From: Strigamia acuminata
Lineage: Eukaryota
Length of the DNA: 64,000 nt
Direction: 5' to 3'
NCBI GenBank assembly: GCA_949358305.1
Contig: OX442314.1
Span: forward strand, 14,198,001-14,262,000
Part shown: piece after piece, positions 63,401 to 64,000 of the stretch
Position numbering within the stretch: the stretch's first letter is position 1
Layout of the letters: every line of letters starts with the position of its first letter
Translations under genes and position numbers: made by a program
Notes under the pieces: generated by a model
Told to the model about the DNA's origin: nothing
The model's input: only the letters and a program-made list of their open reading frames with translations
The model's database searches: none

Positions 63401-64000
63401 ATGTGTCCAGAATTCTAACCACAATGTCAACTCTCGGAGGAGAAGATAAGAAGAACCCCAATAACCGGACATGACAATCCGTTTAACCATTCTAAATATT
63501 TTCCCACACTTCTTGATAACACAAGTAGAAAATCCTCAGCTTTCTCCCCTCTAAAATTGATCATTACGCCTCGTTTTATAAATTTCCCTTCCTTAAATGT
63601 ATTTTTAAAAATTCTACGTTCAAGAAATGTAACTTGCTGACCTTTTAAGTCGTTAAAACGTAATTATAATTTTTTTTTACTCTTTTTTTTCTCTCTCTCG
63701 GGAATGACTATTTTGCCCGCAATGTTGTAAATTCACATATGCTGATTACGCACAATGTTTTGGACGTTGTCGTTTCTCTTGCCGGTCTAATTTCAGCAGA
63801 CGACAATTTTGCCTAGCCTTAAGTCTGTAATGAAGGATTATAAGCTTTGATCGTCACTTTTGATTGCCGTGCAAATAAATTCCTGTGTGCAACTGCGTTT
63901 GCTCTGAGCTCTGGTATCAAGCAAACTTTCTGCTTTAGATGACGGGCTTACGCTCAAATTGATCTAAATGACCGAAAATATTTAACTACGGCGAATCCAT

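Noticed and set aside
45500..64000. Many 60-110 aa ORFs, and a search for eag exon 1 (expected ...GLVAPQNTFLE...)
   Set aside because: The ORFs are AT-rich and compositionally biased, with no motifs or consistent splice structure. Exon 1 was not found by eye, so this is treated as eag intron 1; a small hidden exon cannot be excluded.

Overview
AT-rich, intron-containing eukaryotic DNA from an invertebrate, probably an arthropod (inferred from the Drosophila-like eag channel and the short GT-AG introns). All identifiable genes are on the minus strand. From left to right: (1) a five-exon NACHT/degenerate-LRR (NLR-like) gene, 321-3576. Its spliced N-terminus, missed by the ORF track, is MGNSCSCCQTESEAEQSPLL, i.e. 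acylation plus dileucine-type signals rather than a death-fold domain. (2) A complete ABCA-subfamily transporter of about 40 exons, 4676-15261, with one GC-AG intron and several intronic MITEs. (3) Three intracellular serpins with non-canonical hinges. Two lie in a recent ~4.3 kb tandem duplication and have no intact helix-A exon of their own. The third (27276-28579) is complete and has an acidic reactive loop. (4) The ether-a-go-go K+ channel (eag/KCNH1 type), exons 2-10, 34151-45435. Exon 1 was not found, so the last ~18.5 kb is probably intron 1. Copia and Gypsy retroelement remnants, DNA-transposon MITEs and a minisatellite are also present. No rRNA, tRNA or CRISPR was seen. All calls come from reading the sequence; no searches were run.
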